From the NCBI GenBank assembly GCA_030390025.1, contig CM059432.1:107696001-107760000 (forward strand): a stretch of DNA of 64,000 bases. Reading direction: 5' to 3'. Each line of letters opens with the position of its first letter. The stretch's first letter is position 1. This stretch comes from Squalus acanthias (lineage: Eukaryota). This document shows, piece by piece, positions 1 through 13,000 of the stretch. The notes beneath the pieces were generated by a model, which made no database searches, was not told the DNA's origin, and worked only from the letters and a program-made list of their open reading frames with translations. The translations under genes and the position numbers were made by a program.

Positions 1-6
1 CACCAA

Positions 7-340
7 GGGGGAGGAATTGGTGACCGTCGCGCCAGAATTCTGGGGAAAGGTAAGAGTTGGAGGGAGCAATTTCCGGGCACAATCTCCTCCACCCAGGATG
101 CCTGCCTAAAACAGGTGTTAGGCCGCATGAATATGCTAAGCAGGGCCTAACACCTGTTTTAGGACCCTACTGCCAAATTCAGCTAAGACTGGGTGGAGCA
201 TGTGCAGTGGTAAGTCTTTGCTTTTTTACTTACCATAAAGTGGAGCCAGGAGAAGGAGTGCAGGTTTGGCATCCGAACCGGATCATTGTGAGAAGGCCCT
301 GAATGGTGAGCTATACCAGGATGGCCAATTGGCGTCCGCA
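7..340. mobile_element. Possible degraded Harbinger-type MITE fragment
   Basis: Starts GGGGGAGGAATT, resembling the GGGGGA(A/G)AAATT termini of MITEs at 12097/13001; no convincing right TIR. Confidence 0.25.
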
Positions 341-361
341 GCTAGCCGGCATTACGTAGAT

Positions 362-2370
362 CACAATGCAGTTTACAGGAGTCTCTGGACACAGATACAG
401 CACGGTGCGGGTTACTGGAATCTCAGGACACAGATACAGCACGGTGCAGGTTACTGGAGTCTCAGGACACGGATACAGCACGGTGCAGGTTACTGGAGTC
501 TCAGGACACAGTTACAGCACGGTGCAGGTTACTGGAGTCTCAGGACACGGATACAGCACGGTGCAGGTTACTGGAGTCTCAGGACACGGATACAGCACGG
601 TGCAGCTTACTGGAGACTCAGGATATGGATACAAAATGGTGCAGGTTACTGGAGTCTCTGGACACAGATACAGCACGGTGCAGGTTACTGGAGTCTCTGG
701 ACACAGATACAGCACGGAGCAGGTTACTGGAGACTCAGGACACGGATACAGCACGGTGCAGGTTACTGGAGTCTCAGGACACAGATACAGCACGGTGCAG
801 GTTACTGGAGACTCTGGACACAGATACAGCACGGTGCAGGTTACTGGAGACTCTGGACACGGATACAGCACGGTGCAGGTTACTGGAGTCTCAGGACACG
901 GATACAGCACGGTGCAGGTTACTGGAGTCTCAGGACACGGATACAGCACGGTGCAGGTTACTGGAGACTCTGGACACAGATACAGCACGGTGCAGGTTAC
1001 TGGAGTCTCAGGACACAGATACAGCACGGTGCAGGTTACTGGAGTCTCAGGACACGGATACAGCACGGTGCAGGTTACTGGAGACTCAGGACACGGATAC
1101 AGCACGGTGCAGGTTACTGGAGTCTCAGAACACAGATACAGCACGGTGCAGGTTACTGGAGTCTCAGGACATGGATACAGCACGGTGCAGCTTACTGGAG
1201 ACTCTGGACAGAGATACAGCATGGTGCAGGTTACTGGAGTCTCAGGACACAGATACAGCACGGTGCAGGTTACTGGAGACTCAGGACACAGTTACAGCAC
1301 GGTGCAGGTTACTGGAGTCTCAGGACACGGATACAGCACGGTGCAGGTTACTGGAGTCTCAGGACACGGATACAGCACGGTGCAGGTTACTGGAGTCTCA
1401 GGACACGGATACAGCACGGTGCAGGTTACTGGAGTCTCAGGACACGGATACAGCACGGTGCAGGTTACTGGAGTCTCAGGACACGGATACAGCACGGTGC
1501 AGGTTACTGGAGTCTCAGGACACAGATACAGCACGGTGCAGGTTACTGGAGTCTCAGGACAGAGATACAGCACGGTGCAGCTTACTGGAGACTCTGGACA
1601 GAGATACAGCACGGTGCAGGTTACTGGAGTCTCAGGACACGGATACAGCACGGTGCAGGTTACTGGAGTCTCAGGACACGGATGCAGCACGGTACAGGTT
1701 ACTGGAGTCTCAGGACACAGATACAGCACGGTGCAGGTTACTGGAGTCTCAGGACACGGATACAGCACGGTGCAGGTTACTGGAGTCTCTGGACACAGAT
1801 ACAGCACGGTGCAGGTTACTGGAGTCTCTGGACACAGATACAGCACGGTGCAGGTTACTGGAGTCTCAGGACACGGATACAGCACGGTGCAGGTTACTGG
1901 AGTCTCAGGACACAGATACAGCACGGTGCAGGTTACTGGAGTCTCTGGACACGGATACAGCACGGTGCAGCTTACTGGAGTCTCAGGACACGGATACAGC
2001 ACGGTGCAGGTTACTGGAGTCTCAGGACACAGATACAGCACGGTGCAGGTTACTGGAGTCTCAGGACACAGATACAGCATGGTGCAGGTTACTGGAGTCT
2101 CAGGACACGGGTACAGCACGATGCAGGTTACTGGAGTCTCAGGACACAGATACAGCACGGTGCAGGTTACTGGAGTCTCAGGACACAGATACAGCATGGT
2201 GCAGGTTACTGGAGTCTCAGGACACGGGTACAGCACGATGCAGGTTACTGGAGTCTCAGGACACAGATACAGCACGGTGCAGCTTACTGGAGTCTCAGGA
2301 CACGGGTACAGCACGATGCAGGTTACTGGAGTCTCTGGACACGGATACAGCACGGTGCAGGTTACTGGAA
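362..2370. repeat. 39-bp minisatellite, about 51 copies
   Basis: Unit GGACAC(A/G)GATACAGCACGGTGCAGGTTACTGGAGTCTCA; 13-aa periodicity in all overlapping ORFs. Confidence 0.98.
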
Positions 2371-4029
2371 TCCTCACTATGGGAATTCGAACTTTTGATA
2401 AACTCTATAAGCCCAAGAAAAGTGATTCAGTTGAGTTGTATTTCACTGTGACACTGTTCAGTTCTTTGACCCCAGCTCCTGTTATCACCCTGCTGAATAT
2501 TTGCCTCCCTCAGCCGTAAACAACGAATATTCTGCAGGAGACGATAAACATGACGGATCCAATGTACATTAAATATGATCTCCTGGACTAGTTTCTTTCA
2601 GCTCAGGGATCTTTTTGCCCCTAATTGGCCTGATTTTTTAACCTCTTTTTTCGTCTCTCCCAGGTGATTCCCTGGCTCTGGGTTGTAGGGGAGTTTCTGT
2701 ATCGTGATGCGTACGGCATCAGAATTGTATGGGACAGGCTTGATGGTCTTTTCCTTCCATCATTTCTGCATGTTCGTTTGTATGTAATGCTCTCAAAGAT
2801 ATGTAAGGCATCCATTAGGAAATACATCCTCTTTCTTTACCGCAGCTCTACTGTAACGGATTGTCATCAGCTTCTCATACGCTGTAAATAAAATTATGAA
2901 ATAATCCAATAGACAAAATAAATACTGTGCCAGTTACATAGCAGTAAACAGAAAGCACTCCTTGTAATTAGCTCTGCACTAAAGTCCCCAGTTAAGTGGC
3001 TGATTTCTGAGTACACTTGATTAAACCGCATCATTTAAAGTGAGATGTGACCGGATAGCAAGAATTGTTGCTGATGATTTTACAGTGACTTGAGTTTTGA
3101 AAATAGGCTCGAGCACTTGGGCAGCAATTATACACAGTTTCTGAAGTTTGCTTTCAAAGTTCTTTGGCCGTGTGCTACATTTTATGAGCATTTTACTGCA
3201 GTCGTCCTGCAAAAATCATCTGTTCCAAGTATCTGAATCTAATTTCCAAGATGCCAACAGTTCTTCCAGTCATTAACCAAGTAGAGAATTAAGGCCTCAA
3301 AATAGCTGTGTCCTACCATAAAATAGCTACATCAGCTGTGTTTTAAGACTGAAATGTTTTATTATCCAAATAATAGATGTCACTGTATATTGGAACCTAT
3401 TGGTAGTATTTTGAGAAATGTAGCTATGTGCCAACGAACCTGTTACCCAAAGTTGCCAGGTCAACGGTTGTTCCAGTTAACATTGAATTTGTTAAATGGG
3501 TGGCTATTGGAGAGATCAGGGACAGAGCTGTCACATTTCCACTTTCTTTCATCTATTGCCCTAAATATACAATACAACAAAAGATTGGGATAAGTGTAAA
3601 GAAGACAGAATATTTATATAGTGCCTTTCATGAGCTCAGAACAACCTAAAGCACTTTTGAAGTGTACTAGCTGTTGTAATGAAGGCAAATGCAGCCAACT
3701 TGAACACTGTAAGGTCCCACAAATAACAATGAGATAATGGCCGGAATTTTCATTACCTGGATGGGTCGGGTGCGGGCGGTCGGCGTGGTGGTGCTGAACC
3801 CCGTTCTTTTCTTCCTGCTTCTCAGAGCGACTTTCCGTTAATGGCGCCTATTAAGGCAGGCCTACGCGTTTCCCGGCCCTATTAAATGGTGCAGGTCTGA
3901 TGACATCATCGATGACTCATTTCCAGCGGGGATATTTCAAGCAGCCTTGGCCACATTGCATTTGAAAGTTCATCTAGGAGTGTGCAGGCAGTACATATTA
4001 CCATCTGATTATTGCTCAGCCTTGCAGAG

Positions 4030-5912
4030 ATGGCTTCACAGAGACAGAGGGCTGCACCCAGGTTCTCAGGTGACTCCGTACATATTCTTGTGGAGGGTGT
4101 CAGAGCACGCAGGGAGGTCCTCTTCCCTGCTGATGGGTGGAAGAGACCTCCCCAGCAGACTAAAAGAGCCTGGCTCCAAATTGCAGAGGAGGTGAACAGC
4201 AGGGATGTGGTGAGGTGGACCTGGGTGCAGTGCCGGAAACGCTTCAATGATCTCATGAGATTAGGAAAGGTGAGTGCAAAGCCACGCTCAACTTCATCCT
4301 GCTGTGCCTCTCATCACAGCCCCATCACTCCGCCTTCCCAACTCTACTCCTGCACATCATTCCTTACACCAACATACCTTGCACGTCCACCCATCCCTCT
4401 CTCTCTAACTACATACTCACATCCCCATCTGACTAACCACCCCTCACACTCACCCTCATCCTCATGTAATCATACTAACTAACACCACACAAGGAGGTCA
4501 TTTGGCATTGGCACTGTGGCATTGGCACCACACTTCCTCAGCATCACCCTCTAAAGATGTGACCCACACTTTCCTTACACTCATGCCATCACTCTCACTC
4601 AAACTTCTTTTGTTTCCCTCCTTGCAGGAGAAGAAAGCCCACAATAAGAGGGAGAGGGAGAGAACCGGAGGGGGCCCTCCATCCTTCGCCACTTTGACAG
4701 CAGGGGAGGAGGTCACCCTGGAGGTCTCAGGAGTTGTGGAGCAGCTGGCGGTGAGAGACGGAGAGAGGGGGATCTCTCAGCAACCTGGTGACAGAATTAC
4801 ATCTCATGCAGCCACATGGCATACAGCTGTCACTCATATGGGGACTGATGTCAGCAGCCAGTGGATGTTCATCATGTACATAATGGTATCGTTATCCATT
4901 CTTAATATAACATTTCTAAATCATCTCTTTACTCTCCCACAGGTCCATCAAGAGCACCCCCCACTGTCCAGGTGGAAGAGGAAGACGACTCCTCAGAGGA
5001 GCCTCCAGCCTCTGAGGGCGCACCATCAGCAGACCTAAGCACACCCAGCACTAGCGCAGATACACACACCTCGGTGGGTCCTATGTGAGATAGAGTAGTG
5101 TTGTCACCTGGTGTCTCACAAGTCACAAGTAAGCAAGAGCAGATGGTGGAGACAGGGACAGCAGTGGAGACTCCTCGTTAGAGGGTGCAGGACATTCCCA
5201 GCTCTGCTCAGCTGCATGCAGACGCTGAGCCTCGGGGGCCATCCAGAAAGAGGGTGATCCTGGAGGTGCAGCAAGAAGTGCAGGAGGCTCTGACAGGTTT
5301 TATGACCGTGATGTCTGCAAATGTGCAGAGAATGGAGGAGTCCATCTCCAACATGAGCACTACCATGTTGCAGGCAATGGTGATGGTAGGCTCTTCCATG
5401 GAAAGGATGGCCACCTAAATGGAGCAGCTAATGCGCCACTCACATGAGCACATGGTCTCTATGGAGAACAGATGGCAGAGGCTCATAGAACTCCTCTCTA
5501 GGAGGGACGTCAACGTAGACTTGGGTCATCATGGCCCCACTGATGTGCAACAAGGTGCTCTCCAGCTCCTTGCTAGCAGGGAATGTGGGTGGCCCATGAG
5601 AGGGATGATGGTGAGAGGGGAAGTGGAAATGGGGGCTCCTCTCAAAGCGCTCACACTTCTCCCCCATCGCCTTCCCCTCAGTCAGAGCCCCAGATGCTTC
5701 CTTGGATTGCGATGGCCGAGTCTGCCCCTGCACAGTCACAGGAGGAGCCGACTTTGGCGGGGCAATCACAGGCTCCAAAACCCAGAGGACGTCCGCCAAA
5801 AGTGTCTTCGCAGTCGCAGCAGGGAAGTGAGCAGGCTCGCTCTACCTCTGCTGAAGCCACAGGGTTTGCACCTTGTAGAAGCATGGGTAAACGAAAAATG
5901 ACTCAGAAGTAG
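4030..5912 (+). pseudogene. Harbinger Myb/SANT-like DNA-binding protein gene; exons 4030-4269, 4628-4787, 4943-~5912; premature stops in exon 3
   Basis: MASQRQRAAPRFSGD...KRAWLQIAEEVNS...WVQCRKRFNDL trihelix motif; GT/AG introns; RERERTGGGPP in exon 2. Confidence 0.88.
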
Positions 5913-6192
5913 ACACACAAGGGTCAGCACATGCGTGTTTAAAGAAGTGTTTTTGTTAAGGTTCTGTTACTGTTATGTCACATGTAGAACTATTTATTTT
6001 CACCACTTTCTGGTCATGCCCATTTTTGTCTGCTACTTTGGAAGTGGCTTAGTGAGTTGGTGTGAATGGCGAGACATAATGTTACCTCCAGCAATGGGGT
6101 CAATGTGAAAAGAATGGGGATGCTTTATGGCGTTGTTGAGGGTGGGAAACCTGGCACAGCATGTGGCAGCCATATGGGTGTAATGCAGGAAG

Positions 6193-7716
6193 TTAAGTAA
6201 ATATGGCCATGATGAAGCCATCCCTGGCCTCCTGGGCAGCAATGTGCTCGGGTGCTGCTGGCATCTGGACTGCAAGTTCCTCCAGCTCCTCCTTGTCTTC
6301 CAGCTGATGCTCCTCCTTCTCCTCTGAAGAGGCTGTGCGCTCTGCGCCTTGCTCCTCAAGCAGCGCTAATCCTCGTTGCTGCACTATGTTGTGCAGCGTG
6401 CAGCAGATGACGACGATTCTGGATATCCTGGCTGGTGCATACTGAAGGGCTCCTCCAAATCTGTCAAGGCATCTGAAGTGCATTTTCAGCATGCCTATTG
6501 TCTGCTCTACGACACATCTGGTGGACATGTGGCTTTCATTATATCTCTCCTTGGCCTCAGTACTTGGCCTCCTCAAGGGTGTCATGAGCCACGTCTTCAG
6601 TGGATAACCCTTGTCTCCAAGCATCCTTCCAGTAAGTCTGTTTGGCGGCGCGATGAGCAGAAGGAGGGTGGACTGGCATAGGACGAAAGAGTCATGGCAG
6701 CTGCCAGGGAATTTGGCGCACACATGCATGATGATCTTCTTATGGTTGCAGAAGAGCTGCACATTGAGGGAGTGGAAGCCCTTGCGGTTGACAAACACTC
6801 CTGGGTGCCTTCATCACCACATGTGTGCAGTCGATGATGCCCTGCACCTGTGGGAAATCAGCCAGAGCCGCAAAGCCGAGCGCCCACTCAGTAACACTGG
6901 CCTCATCAGTGACAAAGCCGAGCGCCCACTCAGTAACACTGGCCTCATCAGTGGCAAAGCCGAGCGCCCATTCAGTAACACTGGCCTCATCAGTGGCAAA
7001 GCCGAGCGCCCACTCAGTAACACTGGCCTCATCAGTGGCAAAGCCGAGCGCCCACTCAGTAACACTGGCCTCATCAGTGGCAAAGCCGAGCGCCCACTCA
7101 GTAACACTGGCCTCATCAGTGGCAAAGCCGAGCGCCCACTCAGTAACACTGGCCTCATCAGTGGCAAAGCCGAGCGCCCACTCAGTAACACTGGCTTCAT
7201 CAGTGGCAAAGCCGAGTGCCCACTCAGTAACACTGGCTTCATCAGTGGCAAAGTTGATATAATTGATTTACTTGTCAAACATGGTATCGGTGACCTGTGT
7301 GATGCATCTGTGGGCGGCTGACTGCGAGATGCCACAAATGTCTGCTGCAGATCCATGGAAAGAGCCTGAGGCAAAGAAGTTGAGGGTGCTGGTGACTTTG
7401 ACAGCCACTGGTAAGGCATGTCCACCCGCTCCTCTGGGCTGCAGGTCTTCCTCCAGCGAGCTGCAAATGTCTGCGACGACCTGGCGCGATAGCCTGAGCC
7501 TCCTTTGGCACTGCTGCTCAGTCATGTTGAGGTCATCCTTTGCCTGTATACCCTGTGTTGGGGGTATCGCCTCCACTGCGCTGCAGCCCTGCGCTGATGG
7601 CCTCTGTCCTGTGGAGCATCTGGTCGTTGAGGAGAATGTTGTTGGTGCTGCTGGTGTGGGGGCTTATCTTGGTCCGATTCAGAGGACCAAGGTAAAACAG
7701 TATAAACAGCACCCAT
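6193..7716 (-). pseudogene. Harbinger (HARBI1-like DDE) transposase, disrupted
   Basis: [56 protein letters not shown]; stop, frameshifts and a tandem expansion. Confidence 0.92.
6870..7252. repeat. 42-bp tandem repeat, 9 copies, inside the H1 transposase
   Basis: Unit GGCAAAGCCGAGCGCCCACTCAGTAACACTGGCCTCATCAGT. Confidence 0.97.
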
Positions 7717-8667
7717 GCTGATGTAATAGATGGCAGGTCCATTAGAGATCAGAGAAGCAATCTGTCAATGCTGTGATCGTAGCAATGAGGTGAGAGTGGC
7801 TTCCGAATTTGCAGAAAAGACTTGCAAACTCTAGACATCTAAATATGTGTTCAAAATGCACTCAGCAAGAGCCTTTTCCTTAGGCAAGTAAGCAGGTGTC
7901 ATGTGGCAGTATTTATTGTGCTTTCCATGCTCTGCAGTAATGACTTCGATCAATGGCCACTGAACTTCCACCTCAGCTTGACAGACGTGGTTCCCGAGCT
8001 GTGTGATTCCTGTGGGCATCCAGTGAAATTCAAAAGGTCTGGTTAAAAACACTGTTAAGGGTCTGACAACAAGGTAATAATGAGCTTCTGCCGTTCGGGT
8101 CCATGCCGCGCTGGCAAACATGCCCGAGTTAAAGGAGCGAGGAGGCAGGATGACGGCGGGGTCCCAACGCGCTTCCATTTTTTGTGAATTTTACTCCCGA
8201 CCCGCCTCCAATCCCACACGCACGGCAGCATGAAAATTCAGGCCAATGACCAGATTGTGAGATGGTTGAGGGATAAATGTTAGCCAGGACATAACTCTCT
8301 AGCTCTTCTTCAAATTGTACCGTGGGATCTTTTACATCCAGTTAAGCAGGCAGACTTTGTTCAATGTCATCTGAAAGACAGGACCTTTAGCTCCCTCAGT
8401 ACTGCACTGAAGTGTCAGCTTAGAATACAGACATTCAACTCTCTGGAGTGGGACTTGAACATACAACTTTCAAGGTGTCAGCCTTGGCTCAGTAGTAGCA
8501 CTCTCGCCTCTGAGTCAGAGTTGTGAGTCGTGAGATACTAAAATAGGAAAAGTTTTTTTACTATTTTAGTATCTCAGTCTTTCAATGGTCAGTTTCTTAG
8601 AAATTTTATAGGTCCGTTTCTCAGTGTCTTAGACATCTGTTTCTCAGATTTTTGAGTTCAGTGTTAA

Positions 8668-9560
8668 GGGGTAAAAATTCACTTGGTTGCGCCTCCCGTT
8701 AGTGCCTTAAGAGGGCGCTAATGGGGCGTTAAGCCGCTAACGCCCGGGCGCAGCGCTGTTTGCGCCGCTCGAGAACTTAACTTGAGATTGTGCGGCGGCG
8801 CTAAAACTTACCGCTGCGACCACCTGCGCGCGCAGATTGTGACGTCATTCCATGGTGCAACGCCCTTGGGGCGCCCCGGAGCGGAAATTGAGTGGCGCCC
8901 CCTGCCTTACCGCCTGGCACTTCCAACGACCGGAAGACTGGAACGTTATCAATCGGTGTGGGGCTGGGGGGGGCGCTATTTAAAGGGGGCCTCTTCCTGT
9001 CTTTCATTGTTGGTGGCATTTTTGAACTACGCATTCTGAGAGAGAGAGGGAAAGACTTCTGGAGAGATTCAACGTTGTGTGAAGGAGTTTTGGGTACTGA
9101 GCAGCACTTTGCAGGTTCATTTTGATTTGCCATTCCTTGTATCGATTTAGCAGAGACTGTGGGAGCTGCACTCTGAGCTCTTTGCCTGGTACTCTCCATT
9201 GTTCTTTCCAGCACATTTGATGTGCAAGTCTCTCCAGGCCGAGATTCAAGGCTGCAATGAACAGGATGTGGATGGAAAGCAAGATTAACCATCCCCTTTA
9301 AGAACTGGCCCGTGCCATTGTGTGTGTGTTCCATTGCTGACTGACATTACATGAGCTTCGCCAGCGCTCCGAGTTAGCGCCTCACTGCTCGGCCTTTGTG
9401 CCTTAAGAGAGGTGTGCAGCGCCTGCTTTAGCGCTCCACTCACCTCCCGGGGCGGTAAAAGTGAAGTTTCCTGTCAGTGCCGATAATTAGCGCCAGGCGC
9501 TAATATTTGCGTCCGGACGATATTTGCGCCCCAAATGGGGCGCGACCTAATTTCTACCCC
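8668..9560 (+). mobile_element. Harbinger-type non-autonomous element (MITE M1a, 893 bp)
   Basis: TIRs GGGGTAAAAATT / AATTTCTACCCC; TSD TAA (8665-8667, 9561-9563); two more copies at 12097 and 13001. Confidence 0.93.
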
Positions 9561-9639
9561 TAAGTGTTTTAGCGATCAGGGTCTCAGTGATTTAGTGGGA
9601 TTGACTACCATGGCAGGCCAGCTGGGATTGAGGAAAATA

Positions 9640-10446
9640 GCAAAAGCGACGAAAGAGGTATTAAATTGTATGTATGTCAATGTCTGTAATGTGACTCATA
9701 AAGTTGGCGAGCTGCAGGCACAAATTGCTACATGGGATTATGACCTGGTTACATGAACAGAGACATGGCTCAAACAAGGCCAGGAATGGGTTCTTAATAT
9801 TTCTGGTTACAAAGTATAAAGGAGGGGGCGTGGCAGTATTGATTAAGGATGATGTTACAGTTCTAACTAGAAAGGATTTACTAGATGGTTCTAGGACTGA
9901 ATCTAATTGGCTTAAGTTGAGGAACAGAGGGGGAGCTGATACATTGTTGGGAGTTTTTTATACAGCTCCAAACAGTGAGAAGAAGATAGATGAGCAAATT
10001 TGTTGGCAAATTTCAAAGGCGTGTAACAAAAATAGAGTAGTAACATTAGAAGACTTTAATAACCCTGATATAGACGGGGAAATACACAGTGCTGAGGGTC
10101 GGGAAGGAGATGAATTTCTGATATGTGCACAGGAGAACTTTCTCGATCAATATTTCTCCAGTTCAACAAGGAAGGAAGCAGTGTTGGATCTGGTTCTGGG
10201 AAATGAAGTAGGGCAAGTGGAGTGTGTTACAGTCGGAGATCATCCAGCTAACAGTGACCACAACATAAATTGGTTTAAAGTAATTATGGAAAGAGAACAG
10301 AAAATAACGAAGGTAAAAATGCTCAACTGGGGCAGAGCTAATTTCAGTGATTTAAGAAGGGACCTAGCCAGCACAAGTAGATTGGAAAAGGCAATTGCAG
10401 GGTAAAGCAGTAATGGAGCAATGAAGGGCTTTCATGGAAGAGATAG
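9640..10446 (+). mobile_element. CR1 LINE ORF2 fragment (APE endonuclease), degraded
   Basis: GGGVAVLIK, DFNNPDID, LDLVLGNE, SDHN motifs; appears to continue at 20165. Confidence 0.88.
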
Positions 10447-11681
10447 CCGCAATAGAGAACCTGACCAACTGGGAGGAATCGGTGCTTGAAATTATTGGAG
10501 GGGCAGTGACGGAGTCCGTGGCCACCGGAGAAGTTGAAGCCGTTGCTGATGATGATGGTATGATCATACCTAATCCTTCTTCTCACATCCCACTTACCCC
10601 TCATCTCACAATCTCTTCTCACTTACAAGCTGCTGATGGTGTATGTATGGATATCTTGTTTCCCCCCCTCCCCTCACCACAACCCAACCCTTGTGCCTTT
10701 CTGCTTTCAGATACCCAAGAACTGCCAGCAGGCCAGCCTATCCCTCATGTTGAGCAAACTGAAGGAGGAGATGAACAAGAAGAAGAAAAAGAGACACCGG
10801 CACTGCATTTCACACTCGCAGACACCAGCTCAGAAAATGGCACTGCGTGGAATTTAGAGGGTAGTATAGAGGCGGGATCTGCACATGGTGAGTCACCGGG
10901 CATGAGTGGGCTGCAGCCAGGCCAGGGAGAAAGGGTAGCTCGGGTGTCAGCTCCCCAGAGGGCGAGTTCGCGCACGGGTTCTGCTACATAGGACTCAGAT
11001 GATGACCTCGATGGGGCAGCCTTCAGAAGAAGGGTGATGGGCATGCACACGGAAATGCTAGGTGCAATGGCAAGCCTGCCAGAGAGCCTCTTGTCAGTGT
11101 CAAGGAGCATGGAGGAGTCCGGCTCCAACATTGGACGGGGATTTGCACAGAGCTCGGAGCCCATGATTTCCAGGATGGAAATGATGGACAACTCCAGGAG
11201 AGAACTTGTGGACCCAGCCATGATGCTGCATGTGATGGGCGATGTTGCGGTTTCCATTGCAGCACAGTGGAAGCTCAGACTGCTGCCATCGTGGCTGGGT
11301 TTACGAGTCTCAAAAGGTGCTTGCAGGGTGTCACAGCAGGCCAGCAATCTGTCCTCCAACAGATTGCTAGGAATGCTGAGGTGCCGCCATGGGGGAGTGG
11401 CAGTGGATCTGTGGGGCAAGAACCTGCTGTCCTCTCTCAGGATGGCAGCATTCCTACTCCCACCACTGCCAGTCCACCATTGCCCTTGCCGCTGCCTATC
11501 AGCCAGCTAGCCCAGACTGTTGCTGCTCATGCCGAGGTGCTGCAGTCTACAGCCGGGCCTTCTCAGTCCACAGCTGGTCGAGGTCGGCATGCAAGGCCAT
11601 CTGTACTCTCCCCCACTGAAAGTCAACAGCCTTCCACCAGCCATGCTGCAGACACTGGGGGAGCACTGCATAGGAGCACTA

Positions 11682-11940
11682 CATAGGATGACATAGGATA
11701 TATGGCACAGAAACAGGCCTTTTGGCCCAACCAGTCCATGCCAGCGTTCATGCTCCACTCGAGCCTCTTCCCGTCTTTCCTCTTCTAACTCTATTAACAT
11801 AACCCTCTATTCCCTTCTCCCTCATATGCTTATCTAGCCTACCCTTAAATGCATCTATACTATTTGCCTCAACTACTCCCTGTGGTAGCGAGTTCCACAT
11901 TCTCGCCACTCTCTGGGTAAAGAAGTTTCTTCTGAATTCC
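11682..11940 (-). mobile_element. CR1 3' fragment inserted in the H2 Myb gene
   Basis: FFTQRVARMWNSLP...FKGRLDKHM C-terminus; (CATAGGAT)n tail; possible TSD CTA. Confidence 0.88.
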
Positions 11941-12096
11941 CTAAAGTCGGTAAAGGCACACAAAAGATCGACACTAAGGGATTGCACACGGGTGAATTGT
12001 TGATATTGTCATTTTGATTGCATTTGGATAAATTTATGATTTTTGTTTGGAATATGTGTTTTGTGGTGGCTCTCATTTCAGCTTTATAGAGTCATA

Positions 12097-12989
12097 GGGG
12101 GAAAAATTCAGTTGGTTGCGCCTCCCGTTAGCGCCTTAAGAGGGCGCTAATGGGGCGCAAAGCAGCTAGCGCCCGGGCGCGGCGAAGTTTGCGCCGCTCG
12201 CGAAATTAACTAGACATTTTGCGGCAGCGCTAAACACTACCGCCACGATCTCCTGCGCCGGCAGATCGTGACGTCAGACGAGTGTGCAACGCCCCGGTAT
12301 CGCCCCGGAGCGGATATTGAGTGGCGCCCCCTGCCTTACCGCCTGACGCTAGCAACGACAGGTTGAGGGGAGCGTTCTGCAGTCATGAAGGGAAAGGGGG
12401 TGCGCTATTTAAAGGTGACCGCTTCCTGCCTTTTATTGTTGGTGCCATTTTTGAACTACACATTCTGAGAGAGAGAGAGAGAGACTTCTGGAGAGATTCA
12501 ACGTTGTGTGAAGGAGTTTTGGGTACTGAGCAGCACTTTGCAGGTTCATTTTGATTTGCCCTTCCTTGTATCGATTTAGAAGAGACTGTGGGGGCTGCAC
12601 TCTGAGCTCTTTGCCTGGTACTCTCCATTGTTCTTTCCAGCAGATTTGATGTGCAGGTCTCTCCAGGCCGAGATTCAAGGCTGCAATGAGCAGGATGTGG
12701 ATGGAAAGCAAGATCAACCATTCCCTTTAAGAACTGGCCCGTGCCATTGTGTGTGTGTTCCATTGCTGACTGACATTACATGAGCTTCGCCAGCGCTCTG
12801 AGTTAGCGCCTCACTCCTCGGCCTTTGCGCCTTAAGACAGGTGTGCAGCGCCTGATTTAGCGCTCCAATCACCTCCCGGGGCGTTAAAAGTGAAGTTTCC
12901 AGTCAGTGGCGATAATTAGCGCCAGGCGCTAATCTTTGCGCCCGGATGATATTTGCGCCCCAAATGGGGCGCGACTGAATTTTTCACCC
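12097..12989 (+). mobile_element. MITE M1b (893 bp)
   Basis: TIRs GGGGGAAAAATTC / GAATTTTTCACCC; TSD ATA. Confidence 0.94.
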
Positions 12990-13000
12990 ATAGAGTCATA

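Larger units (their letters stand above)
3739..8244. mobile_element. PIF/Harbinger DNA transposon H1 (family A), full length, defective
   Basis: TIRs GGCCGGAATTTTCAT / ATGAAAATTCAGGCC; 3-bp TSD AAT (3736-3738, 8245-8247); convergent Myb and transposase genes. Confidence 0.95.
3600..8470 (-). mobile_element. Deu-domain (SacSINE1-like) SINE split by Harbinger H1 (pieces ~3600-3738 and 8245-8470)
   Basis: Rejoined flanks read ...GAGATAAT|GACCAGAT..., matching the uninterrupted copy at 54481 (GTGATAATGACCAGAT); similar to the + copy at 61218-61617. Confidence 0.7.

Noticed and set aside
266..2519. 608-717 aa repetitive ORFs as real proteins
   Set aside because: Explained by a stop-free 39-bp unit; several frames are open at once and there is no unique domain.
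8474..8530. tRNA gene (also ~63010-63070 and ~56745-56785)
   Set aside because: A/B-box-like SINE heads without a complete cloverleaf.
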